A stretch of DNA of 64,000 nt from Nemertoderma westbladi (GCA_032718475.1 JAUCBJ010000924.1:1-64000), one strand, 5' to 3'. Positions 1-13,553 are shown, counted from the stretch's first letter. Program-made: numbers and translations. The notes: generated by a model not told the origin, from the sequence alone.

Positions 1-1495
1 TATAAAATTTTACAAAAGTTGTAAAAATAGACAGTAACTAATGATTTGAAACATCTACAAAATTTGCATAATAATTTTCATAAAAATTATTATTTGATCA
101 GATAAAAAAAAAGTTGTAAACAAAGTGTTCTAGGAAATAGAAATTATATAAAACTAAGATATATAGTGATAGTTTATTATTATTGAGTTTATTTTTTTAT
201 GATATTACCCAGACATAGTTGTGTAAAATACAATGGCAAAGTCACCCCAACTCTGACAAGGAACCAACTGAATAGGGTTGTTATTTTGTTTATGATATAG
301 GCCTTTTATACGGTATATATTCAGATATTTAATATAATAGCCTAAAAACTTTACTCCACATTTCATTACAGTCCCAATCCCAATAAATATTAACTTGGTC
401 ATTTTGGCGGCCAAAACGACCAAAATGGCCAAATATAAATTGCGGCATTCATGAAAGGAACTTCTGAGGCAAGTTGGCTTGTCAATCACAGCCAGTGAAT
501 AGAGGCTGAGTGTAAGTAAAGCCCAGGATGTTGGCAGATAGAAAAAGACTTCGATTTCCGGACATTCCCTCCCCAACCCCCCCCCCCCCCCCCCCCCCCC
601 GGACAGTTCCGTACTGTTTTATATTTCGCACGTTTATTTTTCATTTTGTAAGGTAAACGGACCGCTTGTATCCAGACAAGTTGTACAGTATCCAATTTCC
701 CTTTCTTAGCTCAGAAATTTATATTTTGCATCCCGATTTTACATTTTGTATCCACGTTTTATTTATGGATTTCATCAATTCAATTACACTGTATTGTTTG
801 CTAATCTTTAAACAATTAATTAGATGACCTATATATTCCATCCCCCGAATGATATATTGTTTTGTTTACTAGAGTTATAATAATTATGTAATAGTTTTAA
901 TTATGAGTATTATTATCTAATTATTTTCTTCAAATTGAAGCAGATGGGGTTGACTATTATTGATGGTCCTTTTTCGAAGAAATCCTACATGGGCATTTTG
1001 GAGCTAACCCGCCACTACTGCTTGGCTCACTGGAAGTGTATTTAGGTAAAGCTCTATTGTAAGGCTGTGGCTCTGTTTAAGCTTAGCTGAGCCAAGACGA
1101 CAGACATTAGGATGGGAACACGAACACACCATATTATCCTTCCCCTATTCATTTCAATGGTAGCCTGCTTGTCTTTCCCGCACTGGGGGTAGACCATTGC
1201 CATTGGTTAGCTGTATGCTATTGTAATACAAAGAGAGCGGCAGGATAAAGAGAAATGCCGACCTCACTAATAATGGGCTGGTCCCACAGGTCACTTTAAG
1301 GTAGGTGGTAAAGTAGGTACTAGGCCCCTACAGTTTACATGTTCAAGGGCGCCAGTCCCTAGTCGCTAGCCCATAGTCTGTCATGGAGTTCCTGTAGTAG
1401 TTTCAGACGCTTTCACTCAGTATCCTAATGTCCAGGAAGTTGGGAGTTGAGTGTGGGTGGGTGGATTGGTGGCCCCCACGCAACACCGCAGTGTC

Positions 1496-1899
1496 GGGTG
1501 ACTACAAAACAAAGACCAACGACCCAAATAATAAAGACCTGTACAAATACAAAACACATGTGTTAACTTTCGTTTATTGTTTTGGTTCCCCAACACGCCT
1601 CTGTAACCTGCTTCTTTACTAACCTGCTCCTTTAAATGGCAATGTGACCTCACGCTCTCTGGCAATGGGACCTAAAGCTCTTTGGAACCTAACGCTCTTT
1701 GGGACGTAACGCGACTTTACCTCTTTGTTTTGTACAGGTCACAATGAGCGTTATGTACCATTGCTATTTAAAGGAGCAGGTTAGTAAAGGAGCAAGTTAC
1801 AGAGGCGTGACGGGGGGATTCAAAACAATTAACGAAAGTTAACACATGTAACAAGATTATGCAGGTCTTTATAATTGGGTCTTTGTTTTGTAGTCACCC
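1496..1899. mobile_element. Mutator (MULE)-type foldback MITE
   Basis: TIR GGGTGACTACAAAACAAAGACC at 1496 with its reverse complement ending at 1899. Long imperfect inverted arms (1555-1645 vs 1758-1848). Exact 9-bp TSD CGCAGTGTC at 1487-1495 and 1900-1908. Confidence 0.8.
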
Positions 1900-1969
1900 C
1901 GCAGTGTCCGCGAATTATACATTGTAAAAAAATATTAAAAAAAATTTTTATTATAAAAAAAAATATTAT

Positions 1970-2165
1970 TGAAATTAATTTCCGAAATTAACATCCCGAA
2001 ATTAATTTATGGACGTCCATTAATTAGTTATTTCATTACGATTCTGATTGGTTGATAGATTATTTTCGGGACGTCCATAAGTTAATATCGGGACGTCCAT
2101 AAATTAATTTCGGGACGTCCATAAGTTAATTTCGGGACGTCCATAAATTAATTTCGGGACGTTCA
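1970..2165. repeat. About 23-bp tandem/inverted repeat (AAATTAATTTCGGGACGTCCATA-like)
   Basis: Several near-identical units at 2063-2165 and inverted units at 1970-2025; mirrored at 7125-7300. Confidence 0.8.
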
Positions 2166-2694
2166 GATTATTATACATTCTCCTCCTTTAACGAAGCCCC
2201 ATTCAACTCCTTTTATAAGACTGTGTACTCTATCAATGCCTCAGTGCGCGGACTCCAGTACTGCAAGGCTCAGCGCCGGGGAAGTTAACAATCTGTCAAT
2301 CATAAAAATGAAAGCGAGCCGACATTTAGTCAGATCCACCAAATGGATGGCCAAGGAGACATACTGTCTGGATTGAGCTGATTCGAGTTAAATCGCTTCG
2401 CCAAAACGACCACGTAGCCCAAGGAATACACTACATTTTTTTGGTGATTTTGGTCATTTTGGCCGCCAAAACGACCAAGTTCATGTTTATTGGGATTGGG
2501 ACTGTATCTGCTTGCATATAATTATAGTAGTACCATAGTGAAATGCTGAAATGCTTGTAGGCCTATCCTTTACATCACATAGTGTTTTAGTTGTACCGGT
2601 ACCGATACTTACTTATGGCATATCATTTAATTAATTATTCTAAACTTTAGTTCCGGTACTGAAAGTACTGGTAATGACTTAGTATCAGCTTAGG

Positions 2695-3114
2695 ATGCCT
2701 GACACTTATAAACGTAAACTTGGCTCACGTTCTTATCGAAATTATACTGAAGATGCTCTCATAAAGGCAGTGGACGAAATTCGGGGAGGTAAAACTGCAA
2801 AATCAGTTTCCGAAAAGTATAACATACCACGCCGAACATTAGGAAATAAGTTAAAGAAACTTCATACAAAACCGGTAGGGGGACAGAAGGTGCTCAATGA
2901 CATTGAAGATAATGTCATTAAGGATAGCATTCTACAATGTGCGGAATATGGTATGCCATTGGACTCATTTGACTTACGAATGTTGGTGAAGTCTTATTTG
3001 GATAGTATTGGTAGAGAAATAAAGAATTTTACAAATAATATCCCAGGTCGTTCCTGGGTTGTAACCCAACGTTGGGGTGTAAATTTTTTTGTAATTGTAA
3101 TTTTTTTTTGTTAA
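2695..3114 (+). pseudogene. pogo/Tigger-family transposase N-terminus (HTH_psq + CENP-B-type HTH), truncated before the DDE domain
   Basis: MPDTYKRK...YTEDALIKAVDEIRGGKTAKSVSEKYNIPRRTL...GMPL...DLRMLVKSYLD...FTNNIPGRSWV matches the pogo-like transposase DNA-binding region. Similarity stops at about 3061. Confidence 0.8.
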
Positions 3115-3504
3115 TAAATATCAGGAAAAGGTTTACATATTTGCCTATGATAAAAGGGTTATGAATAACATTAATGAAAACAATGTCAACGCAGTACCAT
3201 ATGGCTATTAGCTCAACGGTAAAAATGATAAAAACAAAATTCAACTGTAATAGGATGGCTGAAAATTTTAACCATTAAATGTGATAAATTGTCATCAGGC
3301 GTTCGTGCAGGAAGGGCACGTCTAGCTATTCTAAGTAACCGTTCAATAAATTAATCGACTCTTTCAGATTTTTCTTGTTTTATGTTTAGAAATTCTCCGT
3401 ATTACTCAAATTGTGTATCGTTACTCAAAAGTCCAGCAATCCCTCCCTTAATTTTCTGTATTTTAATTTACTATTTTTTTCATTTTCATATATTCACTGA
3501 GAAA

Positions 3505-5700
3505 GGATTTAGGGACTGACACTTCTCCACTCCTAGAGGCAGATCGGCGGTCAAATCGTGAATTTCTTCCTGGTAATGTAGATCGACTATGCATTAATAA
3601 CCAGTGTCCCCACTCGTGTCTACTGTAGCTAGGTCTATGGGGGTAGTTACGAGTTTAATATTAGCATAGGGGAGTTTCTGGCGCAGCGCGCAGCTGTAAA
3701 GGTTGTTCACATCGATAGGTATTAGGTATTTCTCGGGGAGACTGGAATCGTAGTCAGGTCTATTGGGAATATTTGCGTCTATGGAGTGCGTATTCAAGAA
3801 CACTAGACCACCCCTAATATTTGTTTCAAAGTCCAAGTAGATGGAAGCGTCTGATAATAAATGAATTTCTGATTCCATGAATTTCAGTGCCGCGTCGTAA
3901 GTTAAACCCGGAGCGGTGAAGTACATTACGGGTTCGAGACCATAATTAGTTAGGCAAAGGGATCGTAATTGCTCAAAAGTATCTGCCAATAGGGTAATGT
4001 CTAGAACCAAATAGCCAATCATAGTCTAAGATTGTTGCTCAGTTTAATTCATCCCAAGTAGTCAGCACATGCTGATAGTTGTCTGCGCTGCATTACTCCA
4101 ATTTGAAATCATTGTAGAAGCTTTCTATTACGGGGAGTGTAGTTTCGTGTAGATTTGATATATTTTGAATGTAAGAGTATGGGAAGACGCCTTTATTTTT
4201 TATTGTGTTATCGCTAATGTTGGGATAGAGTTGGGTCATTTGAGCTAGTGTATGGGGTATTGCCGTTGCTAGGTTACTATTATTTTCAGTGAGATAACTA
4301 CTAAGATTATCTAGGCTAGCAGTCATAAATTGATAGGAATCTAGAAAATTAATGGAGATACTTTCTATAGCGTTGGCTGTTGGTGTACTTGGATCGATTG
4401 GAAAGCTAACTTTAAGGTGAATAAAGGTTTCGGTGTTTTTTTGGTATTACCTTCATTTTCCAGTGTGTTCTAGAACTATCTGTCATTCCTTCTTTTAACA
4501 GTAAATGCATATCGAATTTTCTCAAGTTATGAAATATAATATAAAAATTATTTCGTTGTAGTGAAAGTTATCGCGGACTTTGGTAATGAGATTTTCATTT
4601 TTTCATTCACGTTTAAATTATGAGAATTTGGGGTTAAGTTACAGTTGCAAACGTAGCATTGCGTAGCGTTATTAAAGTCAGTTTGTTGGATACTAGTGAG
4701 ATGCATAGGGGCATGTGTGTTTGTTCTATAAATGGACCAATCGTATAACTCCCTACAATGACTTTCCAGAGTGGTTAGAAAGTCGCGCATTACGTGATTA
4801 CTGCCAACGGAAAATTTGAACATCTATTTTAGGGGGGTTAATTAATTTCTGATTTGGTACAGTATAAAAGGCTGCTGCGCTAGCTATATGTGTATATACT
4901 AATATGTGCTATATATGCTAATATGTTTCTGGGGGAGTTTAATATTGTTTGTAGGTTCTAGAATAGTTTCAATGTCAGCCTATATACAGAAAGGTGGGGA
5001 TAGAGTCTTATCATAACGATCAAATTTAACCAGGAGATTTTCAGGCATATACTCGAGTTGTCATTTACCCATAAAAGCAGCGTTCTCGATGCTCTTCCAA
5101 GGAGTTGTCAGTGTAAAAGGCTCTGAGACAGCATTCGCAGTGCTTCTTGTTATCCATCGAAGTAGCTTTTGTATTTATTAATCTATCTAAGTTAGTAATA
5201 GCTACATAGTGGGCGGGGTTTTTGGTTGTGGCTTCGATAAATAGTAAATTTATTACAGTTTTACCGGAACAGTGCATGCTATCTGGTTGACTTAGAATGG
5301 ACAGTTCTTCTGTATTACTCCAACATAAAAGGTTTATACAGTATAAAGGGTTTGCTTTCAGAAACTGGGGAATACCACTTACTCTATCCACTGGAGAACT
5401 TAAAGTGGAAAAATCAAGCATGTTTAAGAAAGGATTATATGTTGATATTTTACTAATATTATTTTTTTTATATCAATTTTTTTATAATTCGCGGCGGCCA
5501 ATACCGCGTATTTAAAGCAATCTCCGCTCTACGCTTACAGTACAGTTTTTATTTAATAATAATTTAGAGTTATTCAAGCCTTGACCCTTTAAATAGGGAT
5601 TGCGTTGCGAGCACGTTATTCGCTCGATAGCTATTATGCGCCAACCCGAGCCGAGGCAGAGAAACACGCTTAATAGTTGATCAATGCAGTTTACAGTGCC
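3505..5700 (-). pseudogene. Protein-primed family B DNA polymerase (pPolB) of a Polinton/Maverick (adintovirus-like), fragmented
   Basis: Motifs in order across stops and frameshifts: GSGW (about 5645), DCFKYAVLAA (about 5510), HYVAITNLDRL and C2HC zinc finger, PPFCI*ADIET (Exo I, about 4975), IIFHNLRKFD (Exo II, about 4520), FLDSYQFMTASL, KGVFPYSY, DITLLADTFE..YGLEP..YFTAPGL, IRGG, DVNNLY (motif A), then VDLHYQEEIHD..DLPLGVEK. Motifs B and C are missing. Confidence 0.9.
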
Positions 5701-6956
5701 AGAAAACCAGTTAAAGAAGTCGTTATTGTTTAGAATTTGGTTATTGCTACGCTAGATTTAAAACAAAAGGACTCTATTTGGAATCCTTTGCTAGTTACGC
5801 CAATACGTTTCGCATTCCATTATGATGTTAATTGTAAGCCAGACTTTTAAAAAAGATCCAACAGCAGTATTTAAATGGTTACAAACGTGTTCTTTGATAT
5901 GCTGAAAATTTTCGTTTAAAGTTTTCAATGACGAGTCTTGTTTCGGAGAGATCATTGTTATAAGTAAATAGACGCCTGTGCGCGGTTCCGTTGATGGGAG
6001 GTTGAAAGGGATTGTTTGGGAACATATAGTTATAATCTCGCGAAGTTGATGGTTCGTTAATGGAGCCGGCGCCGACTTGTTCCAGGGTAGAGTTGATGGA
6101 GGATGATTGTGAGTTGTTGATGGTGGGAGTTTAACGTTTTCGTGAAAAATGTCGGGTGTAGCATTCGTGCTCAGTGAAGGAAGTCAGGGTGAGCGATTCC
6201 CCACAACGACAATTGGCTGGCTTGTTTACATATGTAAATCCGGTCCCCCCATTGAAGCATAAAGGCAAGATGGCCAACCATCCTCTTTTTCTCCAAGGAC
6301 AAGTTCCGTCAGCAGTCGCATCTGTACTGTGCGAAATGAATTTTAATATGGCGGGATAAATGAACGCTCCAGGTCTCTCTATCACAGATTGGGCAGTTGA
6401 CTTTATTTGTGGACATTGGTATCTTGAATCTAGAAAAATAAATTGTTTATTTGTAAAAAAAGAAAAATACTGTATGCTTGCTAAAAATATTGAAATACAG
6501 TAGGTGTGAATTGGTTACTAGGCAACAATACTGCGTTTTGTATAATTCGGCCTATTGATGACCAAAATTGTGTCAGTCAGTCAGTCAGTTGCCTCCGAGT
6601 CCAACAAAGTCCACAAAAAGCAGGTAGTCAGACAGTTACTTGCGCCATAGCCATGAAACAAAAGCGAGTAGTCAGCAGTGCAGTAGTGCTAGTGATATAG
6701 TATGTCAGTAGTATCGATAACCATGAAATATTACCAGTGGGCCAATGCGAGATCTCAGTCAGTCAGTAGGATATATAGTGAATAACCGTAGTAATCAATG
6801 TTGTTCAGTAAATCGTTACTACGGCACTACTAAATCAAACTCGATTGATCAGATAGTCAGGTAGAAAAGCAGAAAGACAGATATACTGGTTGGAAGGTCC
6901 GATAGTGGTTTAGGCTACTGGCAGACCGGTACCACAGCAGTCTGACAGTATTTAAT

Positions 6957-8780
6957 AATCTGACTAAATGTCTGCTTGCTTTCATTTTTGTGATTGACAG
7001 ATTGTTAACTTACCCAGCGCTGAGCCTTGCAGTACTGGAGTCCGCCCACTGAGGCATTATAGAGTACACAGTCTTATAAAAGGAGTTGAATGGGGCATCG
7101 TTAAAGGAGGAGAATGTATAATAATCTGAACGTCCCGAAATTAATTTATGGACGTCCCGAAATTAATTTATGGACGTCCCGAAATTAACTATATGGACGT
7201 CCCGAAATTAACTTATGGACGTCCCGAAAATAATCTATCAACCAATCAGAATCGTAATGAAATAACTAATTAATGGATGTCCATAAATTAATTTCGGGAT
7301 GTTGCATGTGTTAACTTTCGTTAATTGTTTTGAATCCCCCCGTCACGCCTCTGTAACTTGCTCCTTTACTAACCTGCTCCTTTAAATAGCAATGGTACAT
7401 AACGCTCATTGTGACCTGTACAAAACAAAGAGGTAAAGTCGCGTTACATCCCAAAGAGCGTTAGGTTCCAAAGAGCTTTAGGTCCCATTGCCAGAGATCG
7501 TGAGGTCACATTGCCATTTAAAGGAGCAGGTTAGTAAAGAAGCAGGTTACAGAGGCGTGTTGGGGAACCAAAACAATAAACGAAAGTTAACACATGTGTT
7601 TTGTATTTGTACAGGTCTTTATTATTTGGGTCGTTGGTCTTTGTTTTGTAGTCACCCGACACTGCAGTGTTGCGTGGGGGCCACCAATCCACCCACCCAC
7701 ACTCAACTCCCAAATTCCTGGACATTAGGATACTGAGTGAAAGCGTCTAAAACTACTACAGGAACTCCATGACAGACTATGGGCTAGCGACTAGGGACTG
7801 GCGCCCTTGAACATGTAAACTGTAGGGCCTAGTACCTACTTTACCACCTACCTTAAAGTGACCTGTGGGACCAGCCTATTATTAGTGAGGTCGGCATTTC
7901 TCTTTATCCTGCCGCTCTATTTGTATTACAATAGCATACAGCTAACCAATGGCAATGGTCTCCCCCCAGTGCGGGAAAGACAAGCAGGCTACCATTGAAA
8001 TGAATAGGGGAAGGATAATATGGTGTGTTCGTGTTCCCATCCTAATGTCTGTCGTCTTGGCTCAGCTAAGCTTAAACAGAGCCACAGCCTTACAATAGAG
8101 CTTTACCTAAATACACTTCCATTGAGCCAAGCAGTAGTAGTGGCGGGTTAGCTCCAAAATGCCCATGTAGGATTTCTTCGAAAAAGGACCATCAATAATA
8201 GTCAACCCCATCTGCTTCAATTTGAAGAAAATAATTAGATAATAATACTCATAATTAAAACTATTACATAATTATTATAACTCTAGTAAACCAAACAATA
8301 TATCATTCGGGGGATGGAATATATAGGTCATCTAATTAATTGTTTAAAGATTAGCAAACAATACAGTGTAATTGAATTGATGAAATCCATAAATAAAACG
8401 TGGATACAAAATGTAAAATCGGGATGCAAAATATAAATTTCTGAGCTAAGAAAGGGAAATTGGATACTGTACAACTTGTCTGGATACAAGCGGTCCGTTT
8501 ACCTTACAAAATGAAAAATAAACGTGCGAAATATAAAACAGTACGGAACAGTACGGGGGGGGGGGGGGGGGGGTGGGAAGGGAATGTCCGGAAATCGAAG
8601 TCTTTTTCTATCTGCCAACATCCTGGGCTTTACTTACACTCAGCTTCTATTCACTGGCTGTGATTGACAAGCCAACTTGCCTCAGAAGTTACTTCCATGA
8701 ATGCCGCAATTTATATTTGGCCATTTTGGTCGTTTTGGCCGCCAAAATGACCAAGTTAATGTTTATTGGGATTGGGACTG
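6957..8780. repeat. Inverted near-identical copy of 369-2335
   Basis: Reverse complement of the left unit (mirrored ORFs 486..695/8460..8663 and 1417..1665/7488..7736). Ends GGGATTGGGACTG|TA at 8780. Lacks about 140 bp equivalent to 1849-1990 and the distal TIR. Confidence 0.95.
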
Positions 8781-9024
8781 TAATACAGTAATACTAAAAG
8801 CCTATAGGCTGTAAGACTGTAAGAGCTTAATACTGTAATAGTATTAGGCCAACTGTCAGACTGTATTAGACTGTAATTATTATTAGACTGTATTAGACCT
8901 GCTTGTCTTTCCCGCACTGGGGGGAGACCATTGCCATTGGTTAGCTGTATGATATTGTAATACAAATAGAGCGGCAGGATAAAGAGAAATGCCGACCTCA
9001 CTAATAATGGGCTGGTCCCACAGG

Positions 9025-10922
9025 CCAGCCTGGAAAATGTTTGCAAAAATTAAAACGCGTTGTGCGCGGTAAAATAATGGGTGCGCGTGCGCGTGCGCAG
9101 AAAAGGCCAAAAACGTGCGCCGTGCGCCCACAGAGCAAGCCACATGTGCGCGCTTGCGCGCACAAGGCATATGTGTACGCGCTTGCGCGCACATGGCGTG
9201 TGTGCGCGCGCTCTTGCGCGCCAAAAATTTTCCTGTTTTCTGCACATATGCTGAAAACATATGTAAGTACGGAAATTTTAATTGACATACAGTATGTATT
9301 GTCTTGTATGTATTTATGTCGTCATATGCATTCGTGGCAGGTTATTTCAACTATTTCGTTTTCGATTTCCATACTTACATATGTTTTAAGCATATGTATA
9401 GAAAAACAGTTAATTTTTTAGTTCAAAATTTATTAGTTTTTTATCATAACACTATTACTTGGCAAGGTAAATATGAGGCGCCGTTAACGCCAAAAGGTCA
9501 GCAATAATATCTGAATATTAAAGGTTTTAAAAAGAATATTAGAGAATTTCAAAACATATTTTCGGCCGAAATTTAAAATAATATTTTGTTTTATAGTTTA
9601 TTATGATATTTAGTTTAACATTTAGAATATTTTGTTACATTTTTTCAGCTCTTTCATTTGATGTCATTTTCGGCCGAAATATTTTATTACATTTTTTCAG
9701 CTCTTTCATTTGATGTCATTTTCGGCCGAAATTTCGACTGAATTTTCGGCCGAAATATATTATTACATTTTTTCAGCTCTTCAATTTGATGTCATTTTCG
9801 GCCGAAATTTCGGCCGAAATCTCGACCGAAATATTTTATTACATTTTCAGCTCTTCCATTTGATGACATTTTCGGCCGAAATTTCGGTCAAGATTTCGGC
9901 CGAAAATGACATCAAATGAAAGAGCTGAAAAAATGTAACAAAATATGTCGGCCGAAATTTCGGCCGAAAATGACATCAAATGAAAGAGCTGAAAAAATGT
10001 AATAAAATATTTCGGCCGAACTGTGAGCGGTTAACCTAAACATACAGTATGACCTGATTACATTATGCTACCTTATTTCCGTTTCCGTACTTACTCTGGT
10101 CGCAGCGTTTCCAAGAACTCCATGTACGCATTATATACTGTATGTATGTAAATAGTTATTAGATTTCGCAATGAAATTTTTTATTCCAAAATTGAACTAG
10201 AGAAATATACTGCAGTACTGTAGGCATACAATTTTAAATATAAATTTTTTTAATGAAACCTTTCATAACAGCATAACGTCACACTTGTTTTAAACAACTG
10301 ATCAACATTTTTGAAAAACATACGATTGTTTTACATCGAGATTGGTTTACGTTGTTACTCAAATACTCTTACTGTATCTACAGTATAACTATAATAATAC
10401 AGTAAAATAATAGTACGTACGTGAACTGTACGTGTACAGTATATGCGGATGCGCCTAACAACTTAGTTTAATTACCTACTTCTTGATTTAATTTTTTCTA
10501 ATCATTAACTATTATTGTGAATTGTGATAATAATTAGTGTTTTTGCTAATAATAAATGTAAATAAATAAATAAATAAAATAAATAAATGTGTAATACAGT
10601 ATTGCAGTAAGTAGGCCTACGATTTATATGATTTTCGTTGGGCTTGGGCAGCAATCAGTCTGCTACTAAATTGTACCGGTCCCATGTCAGGCTTGCAGTA
10701 GTCGTAGCAGTAGTCTCGCGCAATTTAAACTACAGTAGGCCTATCCTACCTTTTATTTTCGGGGTCTGGGGGTGCGCGGTTGAATTTTTTGGGTGCGCGG
10801 TTGAGATTTTTGGGGTGCGCGGTTAAGATTCTTGGGGTGCGCGATTTTTCTATATGGGAATGCGCGGTTGGCAATGAAGTGCGCGGGCGTTGTGCGCGCC
10901 TGGGTGACTTTTTCCAGGCTGG
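9025..10922. mobile_element. Non-autonomous DNA transposon with 8-bp TSD (hAT-like)
   Basis: 13-bp TIR CCAGCCTGGAAAA / TTTTCCAGGCTGG; TSD CCCACAGG at 9017-9024 and 10923-10930. The empty site GGTCCCACAGGTCACTTTAA is visible near 1280. GTGCGCG-rich subterminal repeats at both ends. Confidence 0.88.
9558..10021. repeat. Internal array of palindromic TTTCGGCCGAAA units (about 52-bp repeats, partly inverted)
   Basis: Repeated TTTTCAGCTCTTTCATTTGATGTCATTTTCGGCCGAAA, switching orientation at about 9895. Confidence 0.85.
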
Positions 10923-10939
10923 CCCACAGGTCACTTTAA

Positions 10940-12420
10940 CCCTTTAATGCCCACTGTTGTTTGTAAACAACATAAATATAATTGGTTCCCTCATGAACAA
11001 AATTCAATTTCCTGTTTTGTGATTGGGTGCTATAAATAGCATAATGATTGTAGTTTGTAATTAAACCTGATCTGACAGAGTCAATACGAAGCCGATAGCC
11101 ATAGATCGACTTTAAAGATGAAATAGCGAATCAGGTACCACTATACGCTAGAGCGCTTCTTTCTAGGCCATAACGTATGTTGTTTTCAACATAATAAGAG
11201 CTACGAAAAATATGCAGATAGCCTATAGCGTGTTAACTACCTACTAATCGTTACCCCATAGCAGAATGTATGTTTAGGGGGGTGTGGTGCATTGTTTTCT
11301 ACATGTTGTTACAGAACAACATTGGTCATTCATGGAAGTAAATTTGGGACATTACCTGTAACACCATGTAAAAAGCAGCCTTAGTAATTGGACACTGTAG
11401 AGTTGTATCTCAGGTCAAATATATTATTATAAATTAAAATTTATCTTCTCAAAAGTCTATTTGTCTGTCTGTCTGCCTCTTACTCATGTTGTTTCACTTT
11501 ATTTTGACTTTCTAATTTTTATACTGAAGAGATACAGTATGAGTCGATTTAACCCTAACCTCTCGCTAATGTTATCAGACCTGAGAACAGTAAATCGATT
11601 AGATATTGCTGATAGTGATAGTGCAGAGAATTCACTATCAATTCCTTCTGGTAGATTTTATAAACGAAGTCGTGTTCGGTTTGACGAAACCCGTGGTATG
11701 GTGGAAGAAGATGAGATAGTCAGCGTGGAGTTACCTGGGGGGAACAAAAGTGGGTCTGAGAGTGAAGATGACGATGAATTGGAAGATGTAACACAGTTTG
11801 ATATTAATGTTGATGGTGGTGGTGATATTACGGATGAGATTTCTGCAGATGATATAGTCGATCTCGCCGCAGCTCTTGATGATATAGCTTCCAAATCGAA
11901 TGAAGAGATACAGGATAGTAGTTACAGGTGGCGAAAGCAGGATAGTGAACCTGTAGACAGTGAGTTTAATGGGGATGCGTTTCCTAATCCACCTCCTGAA
12001 CCAAATGAGCTACTGGAATACTTTAGATATTTCTTTCGTGAGTCACTCGTTAAGCATTTAGCAGAGCAGACTAATTTATATTCGACAGTCCAAACGAAAA
12101 CGTCAAAGTGTATAAATGTTTCTGAGAATGAAATTGATCAATTTCTCGGAATTTTAATTCTAATGGGTGTAATTAAATATCCTCAATATCGAATGTATTG
12201 GGCTTATGAAACTCGCGTCTCTGCAATAGCGGATACTATGAGTCGACTACGGTTTGAAACTATTAAGAGTATTTTCACTGCAATGATATCACAATGGAAC
12301 CACCAGCTGGTGATCCTCATTCAGATAAATTATATAAAGTTAGACCAATGCTTGATTCTGTGCGAGAGATGTGCAGAAGTGTTTCTGCTGAAGAGAGACA
12401 TTCTGTGGACGAACAGATGA
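10940..12420 (+). mobile_element. piggyBac transposon, 5' portion
   Basis: Begins TTAA|CCCTTTAATGCCC exactly where the host repeat reads TCACTTTAA; followed by a piggyBac transposase. No matching 3' TIR seen. Confidence 0.8.
11539..12420 (+). pseudogene. piggyBac (PGBD-like) transposase, frameshifted and truncated
   Basis: Acidic N-terminus, then YFRYFF..LAEQTNLY..EIDQFLGILILMG..YRMYW..IADTMSRLRFE. After a frameshift at about 12268 it reads YFHCND..DKLYKVRPMLD..HSVDEQM (first catalytic D) and then breaks off. Confidence 0.9.
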
Positions 12421-13553
12421 CTGTGTATAACATATTAAGCCATATTTCATCATGAACACCAGCTGTTATTTTACCATTGCTTTTAATTTCGCGACAAAAC
12501 AATGTCAAAAAACTAACTATATCGAATACCACACATAGAATCGATCTGAAATTTTGTAACGCGATTATGAACCACCAAAGCAATGTACTTGCAAAATTTT
12601 ATCAAAATCGCTAGGCAGGAAGTGCCTTAACCTAGATAATTATCAGTCAGTATGTCAGTCAGTCAGTCAGTGTAATGTATCCTGAGATTTTTACAGAAAG
12701 TATCCCTGAGATTCTTATTACAGTAAGTATCCCGCTGTCAAGCAGGATACTTTCATAGTGGAAATGGAGTGCCTCTAGCATCATTATTTGGTTTACTAAT
12801 GATATAAATGTCATCATCTATGATATAATCTATACTACAAATTGAGTTGTAACCTGGGATAAGAGTTTCCATCAATATGGCAACTTGGGAAGCTATACAG
12901 TCCCGCTCTCAAAAAGCATGCCTTTGATCAAACTTTGATCAAACATTGATCAAAGTTTGATCAAAATGTGTCCATAGAATATCATTGAAAGTAGCATTGA
13001 CATTGAAATGACATTGATGGCATATTGAAATGACCTTGAAATCGACGGACCGAAATTCCAGACTTTCTGTCTCATATTGAAATGACATTGAAATGATTTC
13101 AAGGTAACAGTTTACATCTCTCTTCTGCGACAAGCCTTTGAACTCAGATTCCCACCGAGGACTGGCTTTTGTTAATGGCCAAGCCGCGATGTGATTGACA
13201 GGACAGGGCTTTCTTGACTTTGTGGATGGACAGCGATTGGATTTACATGGCAGTGTTGTGGTAGTGTCCCAGACTGAGTCTTGTTCTTGTAGGGCAGGGC
13301 CTATTATTACACTAACAAGGAACAACTAGTTCAGAAAAACAGCCTTTGGAATATTTTTAAATTATTGTTATATTAGAAATTAGTTTCCATGTTCCTTAAA
13401 TCAGCAGATAGGGGGGGGGGGGGGTCTATTAACTTAGTATTAATTATTAAATTATTTATACTATTAATTAAAAAACTTACTCTTAGCTGCTCTCCGGTGA
13501 AGAAGAGCGACGTAAACTGCCACGATGAAAACACATGTGGCAGTACACGTCGC

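Larger units (their letters stand above)
369..2504. mobile_element. Non-autonomous TA-flanked TIR element (Tc1/mariner/pogo-type MITE) with nested inserts
   Basis: Starts TA|CAGTCCCAATCCCAATAAA (369) and ends TTTATTGGGATTGGGACTG|TA (2504). The imperfect TIR extends about 55 bp. A CAGT terminus with a TA target is typical of Tc1/mariner/pogo elements. Confidence 0.8.

Noticed and set aside
205-1665. Short ORFs conserved between 205-1665 and 7488-8791
   Set aside because: Conservation reflects the recent inverted duplication of non-coding MITE DNA; no protein motifs.
8883-9421. Overlapping Arg/Ala/His-rich ORFs
   Set aside because: By-products of GTGCGCG subterminal repeats of the hAT-like MITE.
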